In this document: positions 23,570 to 35,374 of the stretch, piece after piece
Layout: each line of letters opens with the position of its first letter
How positions within the stretch are numbered: the first letter of the stretch is position 1
Source of the DNA: Glaucostegus cemiculus
Lineage: Eukaryota
Assembly: GCA_976551045.1 (NCBI GenBank)
Contig: CDPCPM010000010.1
Coordinates: forward strand, 12,487,244 to 12,526,000
Length of the DNA stretch: 38,757 nucleotides
Direction of reading: 5' to 3'
The notes under the pieces: model-generated
What the model saw: the letters and a program-made list of their open reading frames with translations, nothing else
What the model was told of the DNA's origin: nothing
Databases searched by the model: none
Translations under genes and position numbers: made by a program

Positions 23570-24450
23570 CTCAGCTCATTTTTGGCCTGATGCAGTCACT
23601 ATATCAGGCACTGAGGCTGCTGTGATTGGTTTCATGATGCCATGCACATCATAACATTAACCACTGGACTCAATCTCACCCAGACTAACGTCAGGCAAGG
23701 CTGCCTCACTTCGCCAAAACTTCCCTCAGACTTTGTTGCAATCATTCTGAATAAAAGTAAATGTTATCTCAAACAACCCTTCCCCACTCCAGATGCAATG
23801 TTACCTCAATTGCATTCATTAAGCTGCAGCATGTGGCCAGTGTTTGTAATTGAACTTATTCTGAGGGCAAACTTCAACATCATTAACTCAGTTAATGAAG
23901 CACAAGAGAGTAGGGTCCTCACATTAACCATCTGTGAAATGAAGGTCCTCCACCAACCTGTCTCCAACTCTGCGATTCTACCAGCCTCACAATTAAGGTC
24001 TTTGTTGAGGCAACAGAAAATGTCACCACCACACATACATCAGGAGTCAGATACTGGATGAAGTGTCTCAACCTGAAACAACAGAAAAACATCTTTCTCT
24101 CCACAGATGCTGCCTGACCTGCTAATTTTTTTTATGTTAATGTTATACAGTATGTCAAATGCTGTATAAGTTGGCCTACTGGAACATGGCAAGCAAGCCT
24201 CCTTAAATAACTGGAACACCGTCAGTGATCAGGATCCCTGGCCCATAACAGCTCAAAATGGGGGAGAAACATTCACTGAGACCTCAAGTCTCTTCAGTGG
24301 GAGAACAAAGAAGCCCAATGCAAATAGCAGAAAGGGATCACCACCTCCCAAATCACCCACCTGCTTGGCCTACCAAGCACCTTCCAATGGTAGAAGCTGC
24401 TGATCCAGCATTGGCCTCACCAGCCACTGATCTGGAATGGAAACCAATTC
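23570..24450 (+). mobile_element. RTE-clade LINE fragments (RT and C-terminus, decayed)
   Basis: TNVRQGCLTSPKL (cf. TGVKQGCVIAPTLF), LTLTICEMKVLHQP (cf. GLTLNI.KTKVLYQP), and tccctggcccataacagctcaaaatgggggagaaacatt (SLAHNSSKWGRNI); homologous to 37290-38060. Confidence 0.75.
24054..24125 (+). mobile_element. Penelope terminal fragment nested in RTE
   Basis: ctggatgaagtgtctcaacctgaaac...tttctctccacagatgctgcctgacctgct, same family as 2090-2215. Confidence 0.7.
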
Positions 24451-24650
24451 CAGTTGGTTTCCTCGAGTACTTTACTTTTAATTATTTTCAATACTTTTGC
24501 TCTATTACTTTGGTTCCAAATTTTCATCTCACTGATGTCTTTTTGTATTTCTGGGCCACAATGTTGTTTTGATATAGAGTAGCTTAATTGGCAATAATAT
24601 TCTCAGAAGTATTTCTGACACATCAAAGGCGTGCACGTTTTCGCAACTAG

Positions 24651-25245
24651 ATCACGAGATCACAAGACAAGGGAGCAGAAGTAGGCCACTCGGCCCGTCG
24701 AGTCTGCTCCAAAGGAAAGGGGTGTGGGGGAAAACAGAGGGGGGGGTGGAAACTTATTCTAACCCCAAATTCCAGCCTTATCTCCGATACCTTAACCAAT
24801 TAGATATCTATCTATCTCCTTCTTGAATATCTCCAACGATCTGGCCTCCACTGCTTTCTGTGGCAAGGAATTCCATAAATTCACCACCCTCTGGCTAAAG
24901 AAATTTCTCCTCATCTCTGTTTTAAACCTGCACCCTCTAATTCTAAGGTTGTGCCCTCTGGTCCTGGACTCCTCTACCAAGGGAAACAGCTTGGCCACAT
25001 CTACTCTGTCCAGTCCTTTCAACATTTTGTATGTTTCTATCAGGTCCCCTCTCATTCTTCTGTACTCCAGCGAGTACAGTCCAAGTGCCAACAGATGCTC
25101 ATCATACGTAAGCCTTTTCATCCCAGGAATCGTCCTTGTAAATCTCCTCTGAACCCTCTCCAACATCAGTATATCCTTCCTAAGAAATGGGGCCCAAAAA
25201 CTGTATACAGTATTCCAAATGAGGCCTCACCAGTGCCCCGTATAG
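24651..25245 (-). mobile_element. Relatively young 5'-truncated CR1 LINE
   Basis: Uninterrupted 124-aa ORF 24792-25166 LERVQRRFTRTIPGMK...GDLIETYKMLKGLDRVD...NFFSQRVVNLWNSLP, preceded by LYGALVRPHLEYCIQF (one frameshift); 3' UTR ends in an 8-mer repeat tail (atcacgag/atcacaag on +). Confidence 0.96.
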
Positions 25246-25309
25246 TGCTCTTTTAGCATCCTCAATCTGAGTGGTGGAAGAAAAAAATGACTTCTTATGT
25301 GAAAAGATA

Positions 25310-25895
25310 ATAACATGAAAAATAGTAGGAATAGGCCCTTCAGTCTGTGTGCCTGCTCTGCTGTTCAATAAGATTAAGACTGTTCTTTTACCCTAGTGCC
25401 ACTGTCCCACACTATTTCCTCATCTCTCAATTCCCTTAATATCTAACAATCTATCAATCTTTTTCTTGAAAATACTCACAATTGAGGCTCCATTGTTCTT
25501 TGAGCAGTGAATACCAAATGATTCATTACCCTTTGGTTGAAGAAAATTCTTCTCATCTCTGTCCTGACTAACTGAATCTGTACTTTGTGACTGACCCTCA
25601 GTTCTAGACACTCCAGCTGGAGAAAACATCAACTCTGCATCTACCCTGTCAAGTCCCTTAAAAACGTTGTACATCTAAATAAAATTACATTTCATTCCTT
25701 TAAACATGAGGTACCAGCCTAGCATACTTAATCTCATCTCATATAACAATCCTATTGTACCTGAAATCAATTTGGCAAATCTTCACTGCAATCCCTCTGT
25801 CACAAGTATATACGTCTTTGGATAAGAGACAAACTTGTACACAATAATGCAAAGTGCAGTTGCATCAAGAGAAACATGTCTCTGCTCTTGTATTC
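25310..25895 (-). mobile_element. Older CR1 LINE 3' fragment
   Basis: YNVFKGLDRVDAELMFSPAGVSRTEG and IFKKKIDRLLDIKGI; tail aatagtaggaataggcccttcag on +. Confidence 0.88.
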
Positions 25896-27427
25896 AGATT
25901 TTTTTATATTATATTTCATCAACCATGTCCTTTCTGATTTATTTTGTTTAAGAATAGAGCCAATGTAAGCAAAACAGGTATAATGATTGAGCAGGATAGT
26001 ATGGGCATGAAGATAGCCAGCAGATTATTGGGGTGAATCACAGATACAGAGATGAGAATTTAAGCATCCTGTCAGATGACAAGTGGAACAACTGAGGTCC
26101 AAACAGATTTCTCCTAGACTATTATTCTGTCCTCCATTTGTGATTTGTCTGCATTTTTCCTGAGTGCTGATTACAGGAAGAAAAATTCATGAGAAAATAG
26201 ATCTGTCTAAATTCTACAGAAATGTAACAATTAGAGGTTCTCTTTAGATCCAGAAACCTTGTTAACCCCATTACAACAGGCCTAGCCTTGTGCACAAAAA
26301 CTTGCTGCAGTGCTGATGTCTGCTAAGTGTTCATGGGACCATGTGTCATACTTTTCACACTTTCAGTATTTTAATAACATGTTCATAGAATATCATTACA
26401 TAATTTTTTTCCTTTCCCATCATTCATTATCAGCTTTCATAATTTCAACCACTTTCATAAACACAGTAGTTTCCACAAACATGGTTTTGGACCAAGATCC
26501 ACACATGAACAAGGCAAAATTTGTAAAAGATACCGAAGAAATATGAAGCAATAGCAGTACCATGTACAGATTACCTCTGCCATTTTTCCATCTGTGTTTT
26601 CCCGTTTATTTTTATTTTGCCTTTCTATCAGTCTTTATAGTATTTCCTTCTCTCTTGCTTATTTTTTTTCCCTGTTAGACATTTCTCATGAGAAGCAATT
26701 GTAATAACTTTAGCTGGTTCACAAGGAAGTGAAAAACATTGGAACTCTTTATAAAATCCCAGAGATTAGTGGGATTTACAGGTGTAACCATCAATGCCCA
26801 GGTTCATATTGGATAGCCCTGAAAGTTCTATCTGCATTGGAGATAGAATCTGTAAAACCATATTGCAATTGATTATTTTTATTTTAAGTAAACCACACTA
26901 AAAGCAATAGCATCCTTCACAGGAAGTTAATTATTGTGAAAGCCTTTCAAAGACCTTCAGTGCCAGCAGGCATGCGTGACACAATAACATTTTTACAGCT
27001 TCATTAGATGTTTCAGCATGAGCTAAGGGTAGGGCAGGAGTTACGATAATACTTGTGGGTGTTTGGATACAAACCCAAAACATGAATCAGGCTCATCGGT
27101 ATGGGAAAAAAAATCTCTGATGATTTCTAAATACTATCATTAAACAACATCAAAGGCAAACAGAAATTTGCAAAGGATGTTTCAGCCTTAATAACATACC
27201 TCACTGAAAAACTGTGAACCCCAAAATTTTAAACCAAGTTAATGAATGCATTCTAAAACCTAGAGAGTCATTTTGACTAACAGAAGTCTAAAATAGGCAA
27301 TATCATATGAACCATCAGTTGTACGTTTCTCCTGTTCCTAGTTTTAGTTTACAATGTGCAATGCATAGGTGGCCAAGTAACATCCAATTTACACACATTT
27401 CCAAAGTTATAATTCCTCTCACTGTCA

Positions 27428-27752
27428 TGGAATCATACAGCACAGAAATAGGCCCTTCGGTCCACTGAGTTCATGCTGACCATCAGCCATCCATTTACGT
27501 TAATCCTAATGTACCTATTAATACCAATCTTCTATTCTCCCCACATTCTCATCAACTACCTCCATAATCTACTACTCACGTACAGGCAAGGGACAATTTA
27601 CAATGGGATATGGGAGAAAATTGGAGTACCAAGAGTTAATCCCATGCAGTCACAGGGAGAACATGCAAACTCCACACAGACAACACCCAAGGTCAGGACT
27701 GAACTGAGGTTTCTTTTGCTGAAAGGAAGGAACTCTACCAGCAGTGCCACCA
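27428..27752 (-). mobile_element. Near full-length tRNA-derived V-SINE (HE1-like, CR1-type tail)
   Basis: On +: catacagcacagaaataggcccttcgg (tail)...gtcacagggagaacatgcaaactccacacagac (V-domain)...aggactgaactgagg (B-box region)...tctaccagcagtgccacc (head). Confidence 0.85.
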
Positions 27753-28828
27753 TAAGGTAACACACTTGTGCTTGCTTCTCAATTAAGGAAACCAAGTGGC
27801 TGAAATGCATAAAGGGAACTTATTTACCTAGTCTGTTCATGAATTTGTCTTGAGGAGATGTCGGTATATTTTAGTTTCATCTGCTGTCTTAGTGATTAAA
27901 TATATTCTTAATTTGCTGAACTTCCCATGGGTAGATGAGGTTATGTATATTGCTAATTGGCAATACATTGTTATGACTTTCATTAATATTTGCTCCAGAT
28001 TGTCTTTGAGAGGCACATTTTCCTTTGCAATTGAGCAGTCGCTTGAGGTTGTGCAACAACCTGCAAAATCTGAGTAGTTGCAATAGAATAGTCAGAAAGC
28101 TGTAATTTTTCAGTGGTGCACAATTACCCTCCAGAAGTGGGGTCCTCCATGAAGTGCATGGGAACTCCAGGGACCTTGCAGTGTTGCTCGGCAATGCCAA
28201 AGATTTTTCCACACAGTGGGAGTTTCCTGAAACAAATGCTTACACTGCTGCAGCAGAGGCTTTGTCTCCAATTTACAATAGGCTGTCTTGTCTGCTTTTA
28301 ATATCTTCTGAAACAAGATCAAGTGAGGTTTCACAAAATTTATTGTTGGCCTGAAATCTATTCCCATGGAGATTACTGGACAGAATGAAAGTGAACCCCC
28401 ATAGACAAATATGGCTGTTGAGGAAATTGTGTCTGAGCCACTGGAGCCAGCCATCTATTGCCTTCACATTCAAATGATATTGAACTATTTCACACTGAGG
28501 GCAGAACCATCTAGTGAACAGAATAGTAGATGTGACAGATCCAGCTGCAGGGTAATTTACTGACCTACCACAAGAAAAAAACAGTCAACACTTCATGAGG
28601 AAATCCATGGTCTCCTGACAAGCCATCCATATTCTTCACATACCGTTTTTGAAGTAAATAGAATGCACATAACATTAAACCCTAAAAGGCATCCACCAAA
28701 CACAGCAAAACAAGGGAATGAACCAGACAATGATGCATTAGCACATGGGGTCAATTTTAACTGCATTAGCCTAGTGTAAGTTGAGTAGGTGAGCAGTTAA
28801 AATGCCCAGATTATTTGCCTCCTGCTCA

Positions 28829-29112
28829 GATTGGTACTGGTTTATTATTGTCACTTGTACAGAGGTACAGTGAAAAACTTTTCTTGCATACTGATTGTAC
28901 AGGTCAATTCGTTACACAGTGCATTGAAGTAGTGCAAGGCAAAACAATAACAGAATACAGAGTAAAGTGTCACAGCTATAGTGAAGTGCGTTGCAGTAGA
29001 CAATAAGGTGCAAGGTCAAACAAGGGAGATTGTGAGGTCAAGAATCTATCTCATCGTATAAGGGAACCATTCAATAGTCGTATCACTGTGAGATAGAAGC
29101 TGCCCTTGAGCC
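28829..29112 (-). mobile_element. Rex1/Babar-type LINE 3' end
   Basis: Minus translation LKGSFYLTVIRLLNG (cf. Rex1/Babar C-terminal R.KNSFFP.AIRLLN) followed by a 3' UTR ending tttcactgtacctctgtacaagtgacaataataaaccagtaccaa. Confidence 0.8.
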
Positions 29113-29241
29113 CACTGATTGTAATTGTCACTCAAGGTTCTAGAAGAGCTGCCAAATGAAATGTTCAGTATCATTTTGGGTCCTTTGTTAAATGCGCAGA
29201 TGAAGCCTAATAACTTCATTGTGCACCAACACTTGTTTTTT

Positions 29242-29286
29242 AACTTGGGTTTCCACACCAGGCAAACTGGTGTGGAAACCCAAGTT
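29242..29286. repeat. Perfect 20-bp inverted repeat with 5-nt loop
   Basis: AACTTGGGTTTCCACACCAG-gcaaa-CTGGTGTGGAAACCCAAGTT; arms are exact reverse complements. Confidence 0.97.
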
Positions 29287-31689
29287 GAATTTGCCAGAAA
29301 GATTAAGAGAACAAACAGTTAAGTTACTCTTCTTTCCTGAGGCCAAGGGGAATTAGTAGTAGTCCAGCAGGTCTCGCAATGTGATGGGCTGGTTGGGCCA
29401 CCACTTTATCTCCACTCATCAAACTTCTGGGAACATTTCACACCACTCATTACTTTACAAAGGCAGGTGCCCAATGTTGGCCCAATATCCTAGCAATTGG
29501 CAGCTGCTTCCCAACAACTTCCTGTCTATTCCAGACAAGAAGTTGGCTGGTGGCATTTTAATGAGACCCATTAAATCAAGCTGCTCCTTGTATTCTCTGT
29601 CACTGAGTACCTTCACACTGATGAAATTCTCCTCAGCGTTCATAAATGTCATAGTATATACATCGAAACCAGAATATCATAAGCACAATAATGCCTCAAA
29701 CTTTAAAAGTTCTTGCAATATTTCCAAGAATTTATGTCTGTGGAAAACTGGCAACATCCTCATTTTGGTTTTCTGCAGGGAAACCATTGAAGCTGCCTGC
29801 CCTGGTGAATGACTCACCAATTAATTACTCCATTTATCTATGCGAGGAAAATGTTTGGTGTAGTTAGAAAGGAACAAAGGGGATAAAATTTGAGTGCTCT
29901 GGTGAGCTGGTAAATATTACCTGCAGTTCAGATGGCAGCCACTATATCCTTACAACATGGAGGCGGCAAAGGCAATTGATCTCACACAACAATGTACACG
30001 AAGGCTTGTATACTTGTGTCTATATGTGTAATAATGGGTGTGGATAGTGGAACTTAGCTTTAAACAAATGAATCTATTTTTTAATGTTATCATCTTCATT
30101 CCCCAAAAACTCAAAGACAGGCACATCTTATCCTCAGAATACAGACTGTGACAGTTAAAATCACTTGCTTCCTGAAATGTCAGAATTATTTACCTTGGAT
30201 GATTCTAGCACAGGGTGCATTCCTGTTTGGAACATCAGCAAACCACATAAGAGATCATTTACCTTGCACTAACATGACATTTCCCATTTAAATAAATATG
30301 TAACATAACTTCTGTGAATGTTAAGAAGCCAGATGAAAACTCCCATAATTCAGGTGGAGAGCCTACAAAATTAGCCATTCTATCAGCCTTCAATATGGCC
30401 AAATCTTGCGACTGGGATCAGATTATTGATCAAAAAGCTACCTTTGTAAGTCAAGCCTTTATATTTAGCTCTGTCACAAATTACTTGTAAATACTGCATA
30501 ATTCTGAAGTAATTAGTTCGCTTTGATGCTGGATAGCTGTGGGATAATTTTAATTCCCCCTTATGCACGCATATACACACAACTCTGAGCTTAACTTCAT
30601 AGTGGCTATGTTCCAAAGCAGATCAGGTTCCAGTCTTAAATCAGGGATTCTGCAAAGATTTTTGGGGGCTGGTGTATTAATGTAACTTTGAGTGACTAAG
30701 TCAGCAGGTGCCATACCAGTAATGATAGACAACTCTAATTTCTCATCTAGAATACCAGAATCTTGTTACACATTCTTCAGAGCTCTCAATTCCTCTCTGA
30801 ATGGAGAAAATTGAATGCGACTGTTCTTAATCACAAACTGAGTTAAATCAATCCACTTAAAAGATTGCCCATTGTCAAGGACTAGGTCTACACAGATCCC
30901 TTATTAAGAAAACATGTATTGTAACATGTCAACTGTTGCTTCTCCATTTGCTAGTAGCATCAGAAATACTTTGAGCCATCTAGAAGAGTGTTGAACAGTA
31001 ACATTAGTTACTCGACGTGTAGTCCATTGGGAATTCAAATATGCTTAATTGCATATTGTATTGGTTAATGAAAATAAATAATGTCAATGGTCACTATGAT
31101 TGTGATCCAGTATTCATATCCGTCTACAATATGCATTATTATCTTAACATTTTTGTCTATTTGTTGCTAAAATGGCAAGACAAAAGTAATAGGCACAACT
31201 GTTTTTAGACTGCATGTGTTTCACTTCCTTGGTTACTGCTCTTTGGTTGCCTGATAAACCAGTAACAAGCTGAAAACACTCAATTTTGGAAACATGAAAG
31301 CAGTGGCAACATTACATGGACAGCAGCCAACATATAGGTTGGCTTCAAAACTTGTGTTCAGAAGCTTCAGGAGCCGATTTATGCTCAATTACACACACAA
31401 CTTGTGCAATATGAACCCTGTTACCCACCTTTGGGTGGGCATGACTTGCTCGGTATTATCCAGATAAGGCAGACCAGGGTTCCAATCGACACACAATACT
31501 GACTTAACGAGTGTTGCTTTGATGCAGCAAACACCAATGTATTTATTACCCAAGGAAGGTCACAGCTAAAAGAACCTCCACCCATGCTACTTAAAGGATG
31601 ATCAATTATTTGCAGGACTGATTTGCATGAAGTGTTGATTCAGACAAAGTAGTTTAGTGGTCGTGTTTAAAAGTACAATACCAATTCCA

Positions 31690-32200
31690 ATACCAAGTTG
31701 GATACTTCAGCAGCTATCCCTCTCAGTGTGCAGCATCACAATAAGAAAGAGGAGCATACACACACGGCAAGGCAACCTGCAAGAAGGGGGAGGAGCTAGA
31801 ATACTGCCTTCTGCACTTGGCCATATTCGCTGCAAGTATTCTGGGAACAACACCCTCCATTCACCTTACCATGGAGCAGTGAGAGCCTGCAGCAGCTTTC
31901 CGCTGAAGGTATCTGAGCTCTCATCTCTGGCTGCATTATGAAAGCTTGGCTCATGGTGGCTTGGGGCCACCTAGTGCACAGGAAAGGATGTGTAAGTGTG
32001 CTTTGGGGAAGTGGGGGGAGGGGTGGGGGAGGGGAGGGGTGTAGGCAGACACAGCCTGCAGATGGATTTTCCCCTCAGGTGTTTTCTCTCCATGGCAACC
32101 AGAGCATCCATACAACAGGCTGCTCTGAACAGAGCCCCGAGGCCAATACTCACTTCCCAAAATCTCTAATGGCAATGGTGCAGCAGCTGCTATTGGGAAA
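31690..32200. mobile_element. Internally deleted Harbinger relic (transposase N-terminus on +, possible Myb/SANT N-terminus on -)
   Basis: + frame AIPLSVQHH...ARRGRS*NTAFCTWPYSLQVFWEQ/IHLTMEQ (cf. RRPYPPRVFREQ.SYLHLSEEQC); - frame ALFRAACCMDALVAMERK weakly resembles the APRFSD..LEALV..VE.R Myb/SANT start. Confidence 0.5.
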
Positions 32201-32439
32201 TGCACAGGTTGCCTTTTAGCACACGAGAAAATACAGGAGAAAAGCACCCCAAGAGTTCTGAAAGGTAAATATCACCGATTTTGCAATTTTTTGGTAGGAC
32301 CACCCCAATTAGGTGTTTAACCGAAAAGCAGCACACACTTTTAGAGCACTAAAAATGGGTAAAATACAATTGCAAGGCAATATTGTGATCATTGCACCCA
32401 TTTTCTGTTGCTATCTGATTTAGGTGAATTATCCACTGT

Positions 32440-32600
32440 AAATTATCCCAGGTGTGTAGGTGAGCGGCAGAAACTGCGGAGAAGTTATGGGAATATGGAG
32501 AGGATAGGTTATAGGGAAAATTGGAGGAGAATGGGATTGCTGTGAGAGCCAGTGGAGACTCAATGGGCCAAAATGATATCCTTCTATGTCGTAAAAAATA
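32440..32600 (+). mobile_element. SINE 3' half
   Basis: aaattatcccaggtgtgtaggtgagcggcaga...gggattgctgtgagagccagtggagactcaatgggccaaaatg...ccttctatgtcgtaa; homologous to 9420-9605. Confidence 0.7.
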
Positions 32601-33144
32601 GGGGACTAATCTCCTTCAACAAAGAGAGCTCAAACAACAGCAAACAACTCCAACAAGGCAGGTTGTGGCAAATTACAGAGAGTATTTGGTATATGGAATG
32701 GCAGGCAGTCTAAGCTGTCCTCCCAAAAGAAAATGAAGGATCAAATCAACTTTCAAATGGATAAGTATGATTCAAGAAAATGACAACATTTCTGTGCTTT
32801 TTGTTTTCAGATTGAAAATCCAATAGACCTTGCAGTCAGAAAGATTCAACACGAGGCAAAGATTAGATGTATACTTCGCCATGAATCAAACATTCATTTT
32901 GCCGTGGTAGAAAGTGATGAAAAACCACTCTGGGAAGCGATTCATCCTTGAGCACCAGCGCTAAGCATGTACCATATTTGTACTCACCCAGTATATTTGG
33001 TTTGGCTGATCTTAACCAGTGGCAGCAACCTGTAGCTAACTTGTGTGCACAGCTGCAACATGAGTGACCAAAGGCTGCCTTGTATATTCTGTGCACAACA
33101 ACATTTACTGAGAATAAGATTATTAATTCAAAGAATATCCAGCA

Positions 33145-33303
33145 TTGAAGAGACATATGGATAGGAAAGGTTTGGAGATATAGGGGCCAAACGCTGGCAA
33201 ACGGGATTAGTGTAGATAAGTACCTTGGCCAGCATGGACAAGTTGGGTTGAAGGGCCTCATTCCGTGCTGTACATCTCTATGAAACTCTATGAATCTCTA
33301 TGA
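33145..33303 (+). mobile_element. CR1 (HER1-type) 3' tail with terminal microsatellite
   Basis: atggataggaaaggtttggagatataggggccaaacgctggcaaac...gcatggacaagttgggttgaagggcc...gtgctgta followed by CTCTATGAA x3. Confidence 0.85.
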
Positions 33304-35083
33304 ACATCTGCATTCCAAATCTGACAGAAAACCCCCAATCAACTTGAAGAAAAAAACATGCAGAAAACTTTGATGGAAACAAACTTCCAGTCAGCAGAAA
33401 ATGGTTCTAAAACTAATTATTTTGCATTGAAAAAGTACAACAGGCCAATTACAAAAACATTTTGACCCTTGCTTTCACCACCCCCTCCCCATTATACACA
33501 TCTTCCGATGGAGATATGGTGAAAGGAATTATGGTGATAGTGAAGGGCATGTGACTAGAGAGCCATGAACTGACAATCAGAAGCAATGTGCTGCAGTAGA
33601 TTTGAGGATTGCAATTCAGTCAGCAGTCAATCTGTTGGATCTGATTGTCAGCTAGAAGCTGAACTGTAAACATTCTAAAAGTGATTGGCAGGAAAAGACA
33701 GAATGGTCAATCTAGTATGTGATGGTTGTGATCCTGAGCGCATCACAGTACTGATGCTCCCATCTCATCCAAAACTGTAGAGATTAAACAAAATGTTTAA
33801 AAAAAACTGGCTCCTTTTGGGTAAACAAGTGAATTAGGGAAATTCCTCTTTGACTTCCTTAAGCAATCAAAGTTACTTGAGGAAACACATAGGCCTTAAA
33901 CAATGCTGTACTTTGCATACAAACAATAATATGATTCACTTTAATGAATTGACAAGGATCAGAAAGACTGCCTTGTATTTTCATTTGCACTGGGTAAATC
34001 TTGTGCCTTCAGCAGCACGGCTGAGTTAGTGTTCTAAGACTGGAAAAGCAAGCCTTCAAAATGGGAGACCAGCTGTTGGTGCTCAGCTGAAGTTTCTGAA
34101 TGACGGATTTGGATTTCACTCACTGTTGCTGCACTAACTGGGCATTACATTTTGTTGTGATGTTGATGGGTATTAAAGGCCAAACTGAGTGTACCCTAAT
34201 AAAAATTTCTGATTTGGAACATCCTCACATTAAAAAATCTGCTGCTGAGCCTCCATCTCATTCAAGTACTGCCTGCTCAAAGTGGGTCAGTGTTTTTAAA
34301 GTGCTCTCTCTGTGGGCAGTCATATAGCTTGCTGGGAAGATGAGGGAGACTTGGGTGCTGGGTTGTGGAGTAGAAACCAGAGAGAGAGGAGGAATAAAAT
34401 GGCTTGTGGGGGCGTGGGGGGGGAGCGGGGTTAGGTTGATGGTGAAGTATAGAGGGCATATCAATCTCCTGTGTTCCATTCAAGCCACTTCCACAGTGAT
34501 CATGAGGGCCACAGTTGAGAGCATCCAATTCAAAGGTGCTGCCTATCTGTAAAAAGGCAGGACTTGTAAATCAATGGGGGGGGCATCAGTGAGAATAAAG
34601 TTAATGTCCCCCCATGGATCCTTTGAATCAATATGGTTCCCAAGATTTTGCAAAATGTACTCCTTGTTTTACTGCGAATGAGCAATGGAGGTTGGAAGTT
34701 GAAACTTTTCACCCAATTTCTGTCAGTAGTTCAGAAACATGCACCAAGCATCAGCATGTGGAGAAAATATGACCGGCAACTGACACTGGCACCAGAGTGA
34801 ATCATGACAGTGTCTGGTCTTATACCTGATGAGCAGGACATCTGCTAGAAATGGACACTGATCAAAACAAGCACAAATCAATGTTTTATGTGCCATTTAC
34901 ACAGGCACAGTTAGTTTCTTTCAATTCAATTTCTTGACAATGCAATCAGAATGATACAAAGCAACAGAAGCCCATTCCTCCCAGTAAATCTAGGGCTGCT
35001 CTCAAATTAATCTCACTTCCCTGCACTCTCCCTACAGAGTCTTCGGAAACAAACCCTTTGTTTGCTGACCAAGCACAGTGGTC

Positions 35084-35368
35084 AGGCACGGTAGTTTAAC
35101 AGTTATCGTAGCACTTTACAGCACCAGTGACCCAGGTTCAATTCCAGCCACTCTCTGTAAGGAGTTTGTACATTCTTCCAGTGTCTGCGTGGGTTTCCTC
35201 CCACATCCTAAAGATGTACAGGTTAGGAAGTTGTGGGCATGCTACGTTGGCACCGGAAGCATGGTGACACTTGCAGGCTGCCCCCAGAACACTACACAAA
35301 AGATGTATTTCACTGTGTGTTTCGATGTACATGTGACTAATAAAGATATCTTATCTATCTTATCTTAT
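35084..35368 (+). mobile_element. tRNA-derived V-SINE with Rex1/Babar-like tail
   Basis: Head ggcacggtag...B-box GGTTCAATTCC (35135-35145), core ctgtaaggagtttgtacattct...gtgtctgcgtgggtttcctcccacatcc, tail tttcactgtgtgtttcgatgtacatgtgactaataaa plus ATCTT-like repeats. Confidence 0.85.
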
Positions 35369-35374
35369 GTAGGG

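Noticed and set aside
24823-25256. Plus-strand ORFs of 109 and 101 aa
   Set aside because: Antisense shadows of the CR1 ORF2 fragment.
27850-28473. Cluster of overlapping 62-114 aa ORFs, including FCRLLHNL
   Set aside because: No recognisable domain or consistent exon boundaries; one Harbinger-like CxxLHN word is not enough.
29381-29812. 143-aa plus ORF and 65-aa minus ORF
   Set aside because: No recognisable homology or splice structure; length compatible with chance.
35084-35160. tRNA gene
   Set aside because: B-box present but no complete cloverleaf; continues into a SINE body and tail.
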